Shown piece after piece: positions 63,636 through 64,000 of a DNA stretch of 64,000 bases. A model generated the notes under the pieces. That model saw nothing but the letters and a program-made list of their open reading frames with translations. It was not told where the DNA came from and ran no database searches. Position numbers and translations under genes: made by a program. This DNA comes from Vicugna vicugna. Taxonomy: Eukaryota. Numbering within the stretch: position 1 is the stretch's first letter; every line of letters starts with the position of its first letter. The DNA lies in assembly GCA_013265495.1 (NCBI GenBank), contig MU057521.1, forward strand, positions 1,934,335 through 1,998,334, read 5' to 3'.

Positions 63636-64000
63636 CAACTGTCTCTGGTCAGTTACAGCTACACACACGAACATTTCTTAGCAAAAAAGAAAAAAAAAAC
63701 GGTGAGGAATTAATTCTGTTCTTACTTGGGGGTATTTCACAAAATGTCATATTAAAAACATTAACGTTCTGAAAACTAAATTCAGTTGCGTGTGGCAACA
63801 GAAGGTACTAAAACCTCGCCATGGTGGTACCCCAACCTAGAAGTGCCTCCCGGACAGAAAGAACTTCACTGGATGATTAATTAATCACATATATTCAGTG
63901 AGACAAATAGTAGTCTCAGTCTGTTTTGGATTTAGTTTGGTTTAAGAACACTATAAAAGAGCTGTCATTGTGCAAGTGTCAAATGCTCAAGTTTGCCAGT

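Overview
Eutherian mammalian genomic DNA, very probably camelid: three tRNA-derived SINEs match my recollection of the camelid vic-1 type, and the young L1 tails are of cetartiodactyl type. I found no intact, recognisable protein-coding gene, rRNA/tRNA gene or CRISPR array, so the window reads as intronic or intergenic and nearly all listed ORFs look like chance ORFs. The one clearly identifiable gene-derived sequence is a decayed processed pseudogene of PSME1 (proteasome activator PA28-alpha, minus strand, ~43.48-44.31 kb). It lies inside a ~7.5 kb ancient L1M fossil and lacks ~33 internal codons. The rest is a mosaic of MIR, L2, L1, MaLR LTR and DNA-transposon fossils, microsatellites and several candidate enhancers, including a perfect nuclear-receptor IR1 (FXR-type) palindrome. 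L1 copies are strongly biased to the + strand and several splice-site-bounded segments occur on the minus strand, hinting at an unannotated or host minus-strand transcript. I see no evidence of a genuinely new biological system. Repeat family names come from remembered consensus sequences and boundaries are approximate.
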